NCBI RefSeq assembly: GCF_006345805.1
Contig: NC_042997.1
Span: forward strand, 36,270,001 to 36,334,000
DNA from: Octopus sinensis
Taxonomy: Eukaryota
Length of the DNA stretch: 64,000 nt
Direction of reading: 5' to 3'
Position 1 is the first letter of the stretch, and every line of letters starts with the position of its first letter. Below are positions 26,801 to 39,271 of this stretch, piece by piece. The position numbers and the translations under genes were made by a program. The notes under the pieces were generated by a model. It had not been told where the DNA came from. It worked only from the letters and a program-made list of their open reading frames with translations, and ran no database searches.

Positions 26801-28136
26801 TAGGGGAAATGAAAACTCCTAAATCACATACTCATATCTCCGTGTAGTAATTTAATCTAGTTTATACGTTGTTTTATTTTAATTGACTGCCCGAATGATT
26901 CAAATTATACTGAAGTGGGTAAACCGTCACTTTTACTGTTTATTACTGAATGCAAGACAATATTTTAAAATGTGTTTTCTTGTTTTGGGAATTTGACGCC
27001 GCTTTGACACATTCTTTCAACACTAAGCTGACATCGTTTTAGGTGCATAATGCCTACTAGTATATGAAATACATTTTATTCGAAATATATTATTATTTTA
27101 TGAAACAAAAGAGTAAGCAACAACATCTAAAATTTATATATTTTACTTTTTTTCACAGAGTTAGGTCTCGAGAAGTGAGATCTAAAACCTCTATGTTTTA
27201 TTTTTACAAAATTTATTTCAAACATTCATGATTTTAAAAGTTAACACTAAAATATTAAGAAGTACTCAACAAAATTTACTGAAATTTTCATAACCGTTTT
27301 ATCTGTAGCAATTATCTAGTTAGTATACTACCTGCAATTTTTGTTCTTATATTTTAACTAATGGACTTCGAGATGAAATTTACGTCGCATATCATATACA
27401 GAACTATTTGTTTAGACCGCCGCTATATTATGTATAATCAATTCTAGAAAAAATATACATATATGATAGCAACATCAATAATATCCATTTCACAGAAACT
27501 ACTCGCTTATTCTCGAATATATTTTATAAATATCATTCATAACTTATGTTACATACAAATTAGAAATACCTATGCTTTCTAATACAGTATGCGATATTTA
27601 GTATCACTCTTTTCCTAGCCTTCATCTTTTTATATAATAACATGGTGGGTGTTTCTTCTTATACATAACCTATTATTATTGACATATTATTACTCTTATA
27701 TTTCAATAACCACTCATTTTATACATGGAAACATCTCTAAAATTATGTATCACTAATTTTCACGTCATATCACATTACTGCATGAATATAATATACCAAA
27801 ACATCAATCTGGTGTCTCTCACAGACGTGACTCTGTTCACAGTCAGCAATATACACCACCAGCTCTACTGACGATAAAAGAGTCTTACGTGCAATCAAGG
27901 ACTCTGAAGATATCTCGAAGATACAGAAAAGTTTGAAGGTAATATACAATTGGGCTGAAGAACTGAGATTAGAAGACAGTGTTAGAATTCCAGTGTTAGA
28001 GTCAATGCATAGCTTGGTAATTCAGCAACAATAGTACCATATCAAAAGGATTGTCTCCGTGCAGTAGGTGGACTAATGGGAAACGCTTAAGAGCTGTGGT
28101 TCTACTGCGTGGAGAGAAAACACAAAAGGTATGCAT

Positions 28137-28210
<74 letters not shown>

Positions 28211-28214
<4 letters not shown>

Positions 28215-28416
28215 ATCCAAACATGAAAACACAAAGAGAAAACACAACAACGCGAGGACGTGGAACAAATATAGAAGTATTGGACGGTCAGGAAGGAAGG
28301 AAGAAGGAGGGTTTAACGTTTCGAGCGGAGCACTTCCTCAGAAACATAGGAAAAGGAAAGATCCAGAGAAGGGAAGGCGGAGGAAAAAAATCGCCAACGG
28401 TACACACGCGGCCATG
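28211..28416 (-). mobile_element. ~205-bp Penelope-like terminal-repeat unit with hammerhead motif, copy 1
   Basis: Near-identical to 28494-28700 and homologous to 51768-51970. Bounded by (TA)n. Confidence 0.75.
28311..28345 (-). ncRNA. Minimal type I hammerhead ribozyme motif
   Basis: GUUU-CUGAGGA-A-GUGC-UCC-GCUC-GAA-ACGU-U-AAAC: stem I 4 bp, stem II with a U-U mismatch, loopless palindromic stem III. Confidence 0.7.
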
Positions 28417-28462
28417 TATATATATATATATAGATATATATATATATTATATATATATATAT

Positions 28463-28493
<31 letters not shown>

Positions 28494-28497
<4 letters not shown>

Positions 28498-28697
28498 ATC
28501 CAAACATGAAAACACAAAGAGAAAACACAACAACGCGAGGACGTGGAACAAATATAGAAGTATTGGACGGTCAGGAAGGAAGGGAAGAAGGAGGGTTTAA
28601 CGTTTCGAGCGGAGCACTTCCTCAGAAACATAGGAAAAGGAAAGATCCAGAGAAGGGAAGGCGGAGGAAAAAAATCGCCAACGGTACACACGCGGCC

Positions 28698-28700
<3 letters not shown>
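28494..28700 (-). mobile_element. ~205-bp Penelope-like terminal-repeat unit with hammerhead motif, copy 2
   Basis: Differs from copy 1 by a 1-nt indel in the gaag tract. Confidence 0.75.
28595..28629 (-). ncRNA. Minimal type I hammerhead ribozyme motif
   Basis: Identical to 28311-28345, 284 nt away. Confidence 0.7.
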
Positions 28701-28743
<43 letters not shown>

Positions 28744-30460
28744 TATAAGATTCTAGAATGTCTAGAACCTCCCTGTGTGATTGTAAGCTATACCAATCAC
28801 CAAACAGGATGTCACTGTATAATATTTAATATCTCGGCCAGAGTAATAGCATAACACTCCAAGGGTTTAGTGATCAAACGCTCTCACCTGTTCAGTATCA
28901 TTTCAAAAGGCCTCAGACCTACCTAGTATACATGTGGATGGGTTCAGAGGAATATAAGGCAGCTATATATCTGATGTAACAGATTAATTTGTATAATGGC
29001 AAGCAAAGCATAGGGTAACACATCCTAACTTACTACTTTACCAAGACTGATATCGGATACTGGACCCGAGAGTGGCACTAAACTAAATAAGTACTAGTGC
29101 TAATGGCGGTTCCACAACACAGCCACAGTCTTTGACTAAAATCGATAATGCAATAATTAAGAGAGAGACAGATATACAGAGACAGTAAGAGAGAAAGAGA
29201 GAGGACAAACTACAGTCTTCCAAATAAAAACACAAGGAACATATTATTTCTGGTTCAACATTATAAGTTCTCCACCGAGATAAGTAGGAAGTATTGCACA
29301 GGGTTCTCTGGAATAAAGGATTTATTATAGAATAGCAGGAGAACGAAGAAAATATCAAATATTAAAAGTAAGAAACTGCGAGAAGACTACGTTAAAATTC
29401 CGCGTTTACTTGCTAAACAAGAACAGATTCAGAATCTTCATGGGTGTGTTCTGAAGGCTTATACAGACGAGACAGGATTTTAATCTTAAACTGTCTAAAA
29501 GTAGACCTGATCTCCGGCGAAATAGGCAGTCCAGTTAGAAGTGATTCTTTTGCAGAGTTTATGTCTACCTATTTATATTCAAAATGTTTCTGTCGGCATG
29601 AAACTATGCAAGAAGACACTTTGTCAATATGACGTGTAATGTGTCATAACAAAACAACCACGTGATTGCGAAGTAAATTTCTGAACAACATCTCCATTTT
29701 TATACTTTAGTCTTCAAGAAATAATGGTGAACTATAGCACTTAACTTATTTACTCTCTTTGATGTTTTGAATACTATTTAGAAAGAGCTCATGCTCCAAC
29801 TTGCAAACTTTTTAGATTTATTATTCTCTCACTCTTGCTCTTTCTCTTTTCTTTCTTTCATTTTCTCTGCTCTTCTTTCCTCTCCCAAAACCTTTGCACT
29901 TTGTGTTTAGTGTCCTACAAAAAAGTGTGTTATAGCAAAATTCGGAGCTATCATGAAAGAAACAATAGCTTTTTTATGCCTTTCTCTGCGCATTTATCTA
30001 CGTACATGTTGGCATGTGTGCAAATAGTTATGTTAGTGCAATTATTGTACGTATTTGTTTGTATAGACAAAGTTCTGCAATCAATGAAAAACCAGCTGCT
30101 TCATTTTCTAACATAAATCTGTACATACTGATAACCCTGTGTGACATATCATTAATGCCATCATGCTTGCCTGTCAACAGACAGAAGTCTAGCTAAAATA
30201 CTTCTTAGTATTCACTTCCTATAATGCATAATATAAAGACAGCATTAGGACTTCGTATAAAAGATATAATAAAAGAAGCAGCACTGAATAGTTCTCAAAG
30301 TATTAATGAACCCATGCCTATTCTTTACTTGAAGTTATTCATTACATCATTGCTTTCATTCTAAGTAGGATTTCGTCACGTGGATCACTTCCTATGTGTT
30401 ACCATTAAAATGATGACTAATCTGTTTCAATTTTTTCTCAACACTCATAAGCACACGCAT

Positions 30461-30510
<50 letters not shown>

Positions 30511-30630
30511 GTCGATGTATGTATGCATTTATATATATATATACATATATATACATACCTATATATATATATATATGTGTACATATATATATATATATAT
30601 GTATATATATACATATATACATACATGTCT

Positions 30631-30661
<31 letters not shown>

Positions 30662-31163
30662 TACATATGTGATACATATATATGTGCGTGTGTTTGTGTG
30701 TGTGTGTGTGTTGATGAATGTATTCATCCGTCTACTTAGTGTTTTTTTCTCAATATACATATGCCACTAGCTAGACATCCTTCTTTCTCTCATTATTTTA
30801 TTATCTTTCTTTATACAGAAACATATACACATCAACACTATAGGCAAGCTTATAAGCATACATGTTTATGAAATGATATGGTTTCGGATGTATGTAGTAT
30901 GCATACACATATTCATATACATGCAGATTCACGTTAGTTATTTCTGTGTGTAAGACACGATTTTCAGTCGATGAACAATACGTTAAGTATAAAACGCATT
31001 GATTTCTATCGTCTATTTCCTTTCCTTATCTTTTCATCACATTTCCATCTTCTCTGAAACTGTCTGATAGATTACCGCTTCAGCACTAAACAAGTATTAA
31101 TAGTTAAATACATTCATAAATATACCGACACATGAGACGACACACAAGAAAATAGCATAGATA

Positions 31164-31196
31164 AACCCGCGTATTTACGCAGGGTTACTTAGCTAG
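31164..31196 (+). mobile_element. Helitron-like 3' terminus
   Basis: Hairpin aacccgcgta-tt-tacgcagggtt followed 6 nt later by CTAG|T. The 5' end was not identified. Confidence 0.5.
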
Positions 31197-31416
31197 TCAT
31201 TATGTCGGTGACGTCGGATGGACTGACCGTGTAAATTAAATTCTTAGACTTGTGTAGAATCGATTCTACATGAGCATTGCTTTAAGATTACACGCTTTTT
31301 GTGGATTACTAAACAACTTATAACTCAGTGAGCAAGCAGCACGTTTAATGGAACACGTACGTGATTCTTCTCTACATTTTACAGAAATCCTTCCATATTA
31401 CTGTGTGCCTACTCTG

Positions 31417-31617
<201 letters not shown>

Positions 31618-34600
31618 AAAACTAAACTACATTGCTAACTCTTATATCATAATTAAACATCCGCATGCATATTGCAACAAATATTTGCCTTTTTGTGATT
31701 TTTTTATAAATATGAAACACTGCAATTAAAAACATGGCAAGACATAGATACAGTCTTTCATTGAAAAACAAAATAGAAACAGAGAAATCAAAGTGAAGTG
31801 GAAAACCCGAAGCAATGACAAATCTGTAAGGCTAACGTAAACCACAGAAAATTATAGAATCTGATAAAAATCCTTTGCTCGGATTATTCGCAGAGAAATC
31901 ACTTCCACGCATCGGTAATAATCTAATATGTAAGATAAACTTCTGTCGTGGCAGAATGGGATTCATTTGGGTCTTATATTTGCTGGAATAGAATTGAGAT
32001 CATTGTCCTCAGGCTCCGTATGCGTTCGTGATAATGAAGATGAATGATACAAGAGAATTACGTCGAGATTATTGTCTTAGGTGTTAACAGTAATCAACAT
32101 TGTCGAAGAATGGAACTTTCTTAGAATGGCCATCATATCAACGAAGAAAATCACGTAAAATCTATTTACCGCAATAAAGGTCGATGTTTCAGTTTGGTTA
32201 GGAAAATGCAAAATTCAAACTTAAAATATTGGAATACCTGCAGTCTTGATATTTTCTCGGAAATACAACATTGCATTGAAAGTCAACACTAGTGTTAAAC
32301 ATAATGACAGCAAAGTGTTTTCAGATAGGGTATTGATATATACATAGAATCATCAATTTCCTTTGTATGGTAAATACCAGTCATTCGATCTATTGCTACC
32401 TTTCCTATTGCTACCTTGAACCGATCTATTGCTACCTTTAACGCATATGTGTGCGTGTTAAATGAAACCGTCAGTCATTTCTAGAAATACTTCTTGTATG
32501 CATTTATACAAAGTGTGTGTGTGCACATATATATAAATTTATATAGATAGCTATCCAGTTAAATAGTTAGACAGCTAGATAGCTACATAGATTGAGAGAG
32601 ATAGAGAGTGAGAGAGAGAGAATGAGAGAGGTGGAGGTAGATATTACCGACCTGTATTAAAGTTTTATTTTAAAGAGATATTTTTTAAATGTGTCGTTAA
32701 CATTTATTGAACAGTGTGATTCCAAATATACAGCCATTATTCTGAACATTCTTACGACTCAAAATGACATAGTAGATTTTTCCTTCCATTATGTTCCATC
32801 TCTTAGAATATGCATTTGTCAAAAATATAAATTATTCATAAGGAAAAACATTAAGATTTCAGAACTGAAATGTTCTTAAATTTTATTCAAACTTCGATGA
32901 AAATCCTCTACAAAAGAATATAAGTGGTATTAAATCATTAGAACGCCCGTGCACCAATTTTATAGTGTTAACTTTTCAAATGATGTGTTAAATATTCTTA
33001 GAATGTTCATACATTTATGTTCTCCTCCCGAACAAAAAGCCGATTAATATGAATATATTTATTGCTGCAACATCTAGCTATTAATGTATTTGGATTCTAT
33101 ACGGAGCGTAGCGAGCGGATAGTACAAACAAGTACGGTTCGTGATGCGTTTTTCTTTTGATACAAGGAACCAGTGGATTTCACTTACAACACAATCCACT
33201 TCGGAAATAGAAGAGTAAAATATGAATACAACGGTTTGCCTCAAAATTGTCTCTACAGGGTAAATACTATTATTAAAGCAACACTATTCTTGAGCGCATT
33301 TCCGTTTTCCTTTGGCCTTTTTGTTATCTAGAACATTATAAAACGTTTCGTTTTCTATGAATAGGCACGTTGTATTTTGTAGTTGCCTCGATCATAATAT
33401 GTAGCACAGGACAGCGATCATCTGGAAGAATTGTCGTTTATAGGTATTTTTCTACATAGTCAAAACAGTAAGCGAAACCCATTTATTTTTCATACAATAA
33501 TGTAATAAATTCATTGGTATTAGCAAATTTACGAATGGTCCCTTTCTCTGCGTTACGTAAAAGAACCTTAGAAATTTACTTTCTCTGATAAGTATCGCTG
33601 TTCTTAAACGCTCGATATAAAATGCGACTTGCACAAATATTACTGTCCCGCGTTACACATGAATCTGAATTTAAAAAAGAATGAAAAATGACAATAGAAA
33701 GAAAATCACTTAATGTATATAATTTAGTGCTCCACTTCCTCGAACTGCCCGAATAAAAGTATGCTGTGCCGTTAAACGAGAGATACGGAAACGTAATACT
33801 AGGGAATTATGGCTACTGAGAAAACCTTGAAGTAAGCTTCAGAGTTTCAAATTGTGTGTCATATACTAAAGTCAGAACCCAATATAGGGAGGTGTCATTA
33901 TATTCAAAAGAGACTATCTCGTGGGTCACCAATTAGCCCCTCGCTCTGCGTAACATAATTGGGTTCGACCAGTCTAGATGAGCTAATTGGCTAGATCACA
34001 GCGTGTAAACCTTGCTACTGGCCAGCTCTTTATTTTAATATCTTGATGGATATATTTGCCAAAAGATTACTATTGAAAAGTATAGTAAATTGAAAGAAAC
34101 GCCCCGCACATAAAACTAAATACTGGAAGGTATTTATTATGACTCTTCTTCTCATTGTATTTATAGCAATAATAATTAATTATAACATGAAGGAAGTATT
34201 GGAAGGAAAGGTTAAAGGGAAGAAAATTGGCTACTTATAATTTCTTAACAAGCAATTATCCAATAATAGTAATTATCTCATCGAAATCGTAAATTCCATT
34301 AACATCTTCAAATGGACATTAAGTTATTTCTCGCACGGTTACATATACACAGATTCAGATATACAGACACTAAAACTCATACATAGAGAACCACACCTGC
34401 GCACACACACGCACACACACACATACACACTTATATAGTCATATAGTCATACATATACAAACATCATCAGAACTTAACTTATAATTTAAAATTTTGATTT
34501 TATAATTTGGCACAGGGTAACAAATCTCTCTGACAGTCAATCTAGCTGACAGAAGCTGAATATTGTTTGAAAACATAAGCTAGAGTGAGATAGAGAGAGA

Positions 34601-35128
34601 GAGGGAGGAGTGAAGAAACGTAAGTAATAGTTCAAACTGCATCGGAGTAAACATTAACAGTGATGTCATTTTCAAATGTAGTACTCATTGAATTTTATCA
34701 ACTTTGATTTTAGAACGTACGTTCATCTATAATCTACGCTCGATTTAATTGAATTTCCGCAACATCTTAAATTTTAAAACACTATTCTCAACAATAATTC
34801 TATGCTGGTTTTACTTATTTAAAGAATACATAGTTACAGATGGTATATATCAAAATGTGAGCAGCAAGCAGTGCTTTATGCACTAGCAAAATGGCAAAAT
34901 AGTTTTGTGGCATATTTCAACTGCTAAAAGGCAAATACACTACAGTGGAGAAAATGCCTCCCTTATGGTAAAAGGTGTGAAAACACTCAGTGCGTGCAGT
35001 GTCGCCATCTATCGGAAATCCCAGACATCGATGTATCGAGTTCATGGACCCTTGTCAATGAGATGTACCTAAGAGAAGCAACTTTGAAAAAAACTTACAA
35101 ACTATATATATATATATATATATATGTT

Positions 35129-35218
<90 letters not shown>

Positions 35219-35435
35219 GTGTTTGTGTATATATATACATATACATGCACAACACACATACATACATATATAAGCAAGTGACAACATACTACTGCAGAAG
35301 CTAAAATTCGCAATATAAGAAAGGAGTGACCTCCTTCAAGACGTTCAACACAAGCAGAAGAGATACTGCATTAAAAGGAATTAAAGATCTACGTTGTATG
35401 TAAAATGTTTCTAAATATTCTTCATCAGGGATGCA

Positions 35436-35850
35436 AAAGCGGTGAGCTGACAATCATTAGAACTCCCATTATAGTGCTTAGCGGTATTTCACCCGTCTTT
35501 ATGATCTGATTTCAAATTTTGCTTTACAGATTTTGTCTTTTATCATTTCGTGACCAATAGAATAAATAGCAGTTGAGTACTAGCTCTCTACTCCGAAATT
35601 ACCTCGGGCCAAATGTTGAAATCAGTATTCTGTATCGGAATTAAGATGGTGAGCTGATACAATATTTACCACGGTGGGTATAAAGATTAGAATCATTACG
35701 TCAAACATTAGTTTCTGAGTTATAATGCAGCTGAGGTCAGCTTTGTCTTTCACCCGTTTGGGGTAGCCAAATAAGTACCAATTAAGCACTGGTACCAATG
35801 GAAACGACTTAAATCCTCTTTCTAAACTGATGGTATTGTGCCAAAATTTG
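35436..35850 (+). mobile_element. Two degenerate family B SINEs in tandem
   Basis: gcggtgagctgac...cttagcggtatttc at 35436, and atggtgagctga...ctgaggtcagctttgtctttca...aagtacca at about 35644. Confidence 0.65.
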
Positions 35851-38800
35851 CAAACGATAATCTTTATCCGAATACAAATACTTATAAATTATATCTTCCT
35901 CGGAGGAATCAGTACTCGTATAATCTTGAGAGTCATAATATTATTGAAAAAATGATATTAATATTGATGCAAATAGACTATTACATGAAAAGTGGAAGCA
36001 AACTGAAACAATGAAGACAAAACTAAGATCCTCATGAAAATGATTGGGTATTTAGTGCATTAATTGCGGCCTTGGAAATGGTTAAACATAGGCAACGGTA
36101 TGTAAGAGAAGAAGCTAAGAGAAATTACAGTTTTCTAGACCAGAGCTTTGCGAGTGACTATGAGTAATTTCGTGGCAATTTATCGGATGCCTTTAATTTT
36201 CTTTTTTTCTTTTATGTTTCCTTGTGTGGGGGGGAATTTATCCAGGGCCTGCATGGGTGTGATTGTGTTAGGATCTTTGATATCCATTCATGCATTTATG
36301 AAGAGTGACAGTGAAACCAAGTGCTTCAAGTGATCCCAAAGACACTCATCGTCTGCTGGTAATGTTTAAAGTGACTCATTTTCTGCACGAAAATTTGGTA
36401 GATGTTAAATGTTTTTCGGAGACGAATATTTTGATCTGGATTAAGCAGCGTTTGATCCCGGATCTTAGATAACAAGAAAAGCAGAGGGAAAGGCTTGTTG
36501 TCATGTTTTCGAGTGCATTAGTAATAAATATAACTGGTTCGTATCATCATAGACCTTTTTATTAGAGACAACATTGAAGAGAATAATAAATGACAAATTG
36601 AAATGTTATAGATGGAATATTTGTCACATAGAAAGTTAGCGACTATTTAACAATGTTACTATTTTCTATGTATTGAAACGCTATTTATGTTGTATTTTAC
36701 AAAAAAAGTGTGCAAATTTCAGTGAATATCACTGCATTGCATATGTAACTGTTCCTAAATTGGCGATAGTCCAAACGACTATGCAAGATTTAATCCAGAG
36801 TTTATTTATATATCAAAGAGTATGTGGTCGTAATAGTTGTAGTAACACATTTGTGTGATCGGAGTATTAGAACACATACTAATAGTGTTGGTTCTTATAT
36901 ACACTGCTCTACGGTTATGTAAATATTAAAATCTGAACTGTCACTTGACTCTTTGCGTACTTGTGAGTAAATGCAGAGAGAAGAAAGTATCATTAAATCA
37001 AACGACAAACTTAACAGAGAATAGATTAGTATAAATAATAGCATTAAATTCCGTAATTACTTGTAGTCATTAGAGATATCCTATTGGGAAAGAGGAATGA
37101 TCAATATTATTTTTATTATAACATACTGACAAAGTTATATACGATCCAATATCATGGAAAATACTATTAATGAACATTTCATCAGTGATTTTGACTTAGC
37201 TTCTTTGTGATTAAAAGAGAAATACTAACTATACAAATAGCATTCTTTTAAGCATTGGTGCAAATCAGGAAAGGTATCATAGGTGAGGCCAATATCAGCG
37301 CAAAACTCTCAGCATAAAACCGCTACATATGTTATTAACATCTTCGGGGACAAAGAAGACGTCGACTTTCAACAATAAGCTAAGCGTAATTGATAATTAA
37401 ATAAGCTCGTTTTACTAAATCATTTTCAGTTATGTGAACGATCCTTACATGTTATTACATTAAACTAATCTCTAGATAATGGAAGAATTGTATTAAATAC
37501 TTGTTTAAATGGTCTAACTTTCTTTTCCCCCACGCACTGGCTTTAAGTTTGCCAGAAGGTAAGTCTTTCATCATACATGCATATTAATCATATCTGCCTG
37601 ACGATATAGTCCAGTTCACCTTTCTCGTATAATTTCTTATGAGAAAGTGATAAATCAATATGAATTACAATCAAACAGCAAGCCTGTCATCTGAATTTCT
37701 GGGAATATATAAACTAGCTAGATATGAATAGAGACGATCAATTGCTTGGACTCAAGTCTTACAATGTCAGGCAAATTAAATCGATATTTATAACATCAAA
37801 ACATTTATTTTCTAAACAGCTGGAAGGATTTATCAGACATTTTACTTTGTGTGGAACTTTGTGTGGAACTTTAGATGTAAACTTGATATTAAACACCAAA
37901 CTTGAGTCATTATCTTAATGAATATGTAAAGCGTTATCGTCGTTGATTTTGTTCTATGATATATTACAAAGAAGCTATACTAATATTTAATTAACTCTTT
38001 TGAGTGTCAGAGGTGTCTTCTCTATTCAGATATATTTGTATTCCACATTCAAATCTTCTTGTTATTGAATTTTTATTTCTCTTACTAAATTGGAAAGGAT
38101 AACTCTCACTTGAAGAAGGGTTTCCATTTAATCGATTGCGGACCTTTCCTAAAAATGTTTCCTCTATCCTTGAAGAACTAATTGCTGATAGAAAGTTCGA
38201 AGATAGATATCTATTTTCTTCATATATTTTTGATATATTTATGCTTGGTACTACATATTTCTCCAATATTACCATGGACATCATTACATGTAGCATCCTC
38301 CAGTATTATCACCTACTTTAAGTAAATAAAATATAACCTAATTTTCAAATAGAGCCTGATGAAAATTTCAGTTCTCAGAAGGATCATTGAAAATAAAATC
38401 AACTTAAGGTTCATATTACATTGTATAATTAATTTTAATCTCACAGGCTATTAATACCGACCTAACCTGAATAAACTTTCTGCCGTCATAAACGAAGTGA
38501 AATTAAAACGATAGCTTATAGTAGCATTTGTGGAGTCATTACCAACTGTTGCACACCCGTCAGTAAACACAGTGCATAATCAGTTTCAGCGACAGGCAAT
38601 GCCTAATGGAGTGGAAACTGGCAATACACCATGGAGAGATCTGGTACCTATTCTTGGGAACGAGATGAATTGAAGCAAAGTAAAATATAGTAATTCTCTT
38701 TAGAGGCGTAATGGAGACTCAGCATTGATTTCAGTTCATCAGTCATCTGCAATTAGTCCCATATGCTAAGTACTCATAGTGGATTCTATACGAACTGCAA

Positions 38801-38853
38801 ATATATTAGATACTATGTCAGTAGTTATGGATTAAAATGATGTGAGTTGTATA

Positions 38854-39271
38854 GGCGCAGGAGTGGCTGTGTGGTAAGTAGCTTGCTTACCAACCACATG
38901 GTGGTACCTTGCGCTGGTATCTTCTACTATAGCCTCGGGCCGACCAAAGCCTTGTGAGTGGATTTGGTAGACGGAAACTGAAAGAAGCCTGTCGTATATA
39001 TGTATATATATATATATGTATGTATGTGTGTGTATATGTTTGTGTGTCAGTGTTTGTCCCTCTAGCATTGCTTGATAACCGATGCTGGTGTGTTTACGTC
39101 CCCGTCACTTAGCGGTTCGGCAAATTAGACCGATAGAATAAGTGAATAAGTACTGGGCTTACAAAGAATACGTCCTGGGGTAGATTTGCTCGACTAAAGG
39201 CGGTGCTCCAGCATGGCCGCAGTAAAATGACTGAAACAAGTAAAAGAGTAAAAGAGTAAAAGAGAAAGAGA
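38854..39271 (+). mobile_element. SINE family A with the B-box deleted
   Basis: Intact A-box head and body, but ttccgggttcagtcccactgcg is missing. Tail is (gtaaaaga)n. Confidence 0.92.

Larger units (their letters stand above)
27820..29000 (+). mobile_element. Old CR1-type LINE RT relic interrupted by (TA)n and a tandem element
   Basis: TDDKRVLRAIKDSEDISKIQKSLKVIYNWAEE, then KELWFYCVER..RYAL. Resumes after 28745 with KILE and LFSIISKGLR. Confidence 0.75.

Noticed and set aside
31253-31270. Perfect 18-bp palindrome taken as significant on its own
   Set aside because: About one is expected by chance in 64 kb of AT-rich DNA (rough estimate).
32390-32438. ctattgctacctt three times with short variable spacers (CRISPR-like look)
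   Set aside because: The repeat and spacers are far too short, the context is eukaryotic and there are no cas genes. A local slippage duplication explains it.
35405-35432. Minus-strand CTGATGA-AGAATATTTA-GAAAC
   Set aside because: Stems I, II and III do not pair, so it is too degenerate to call.
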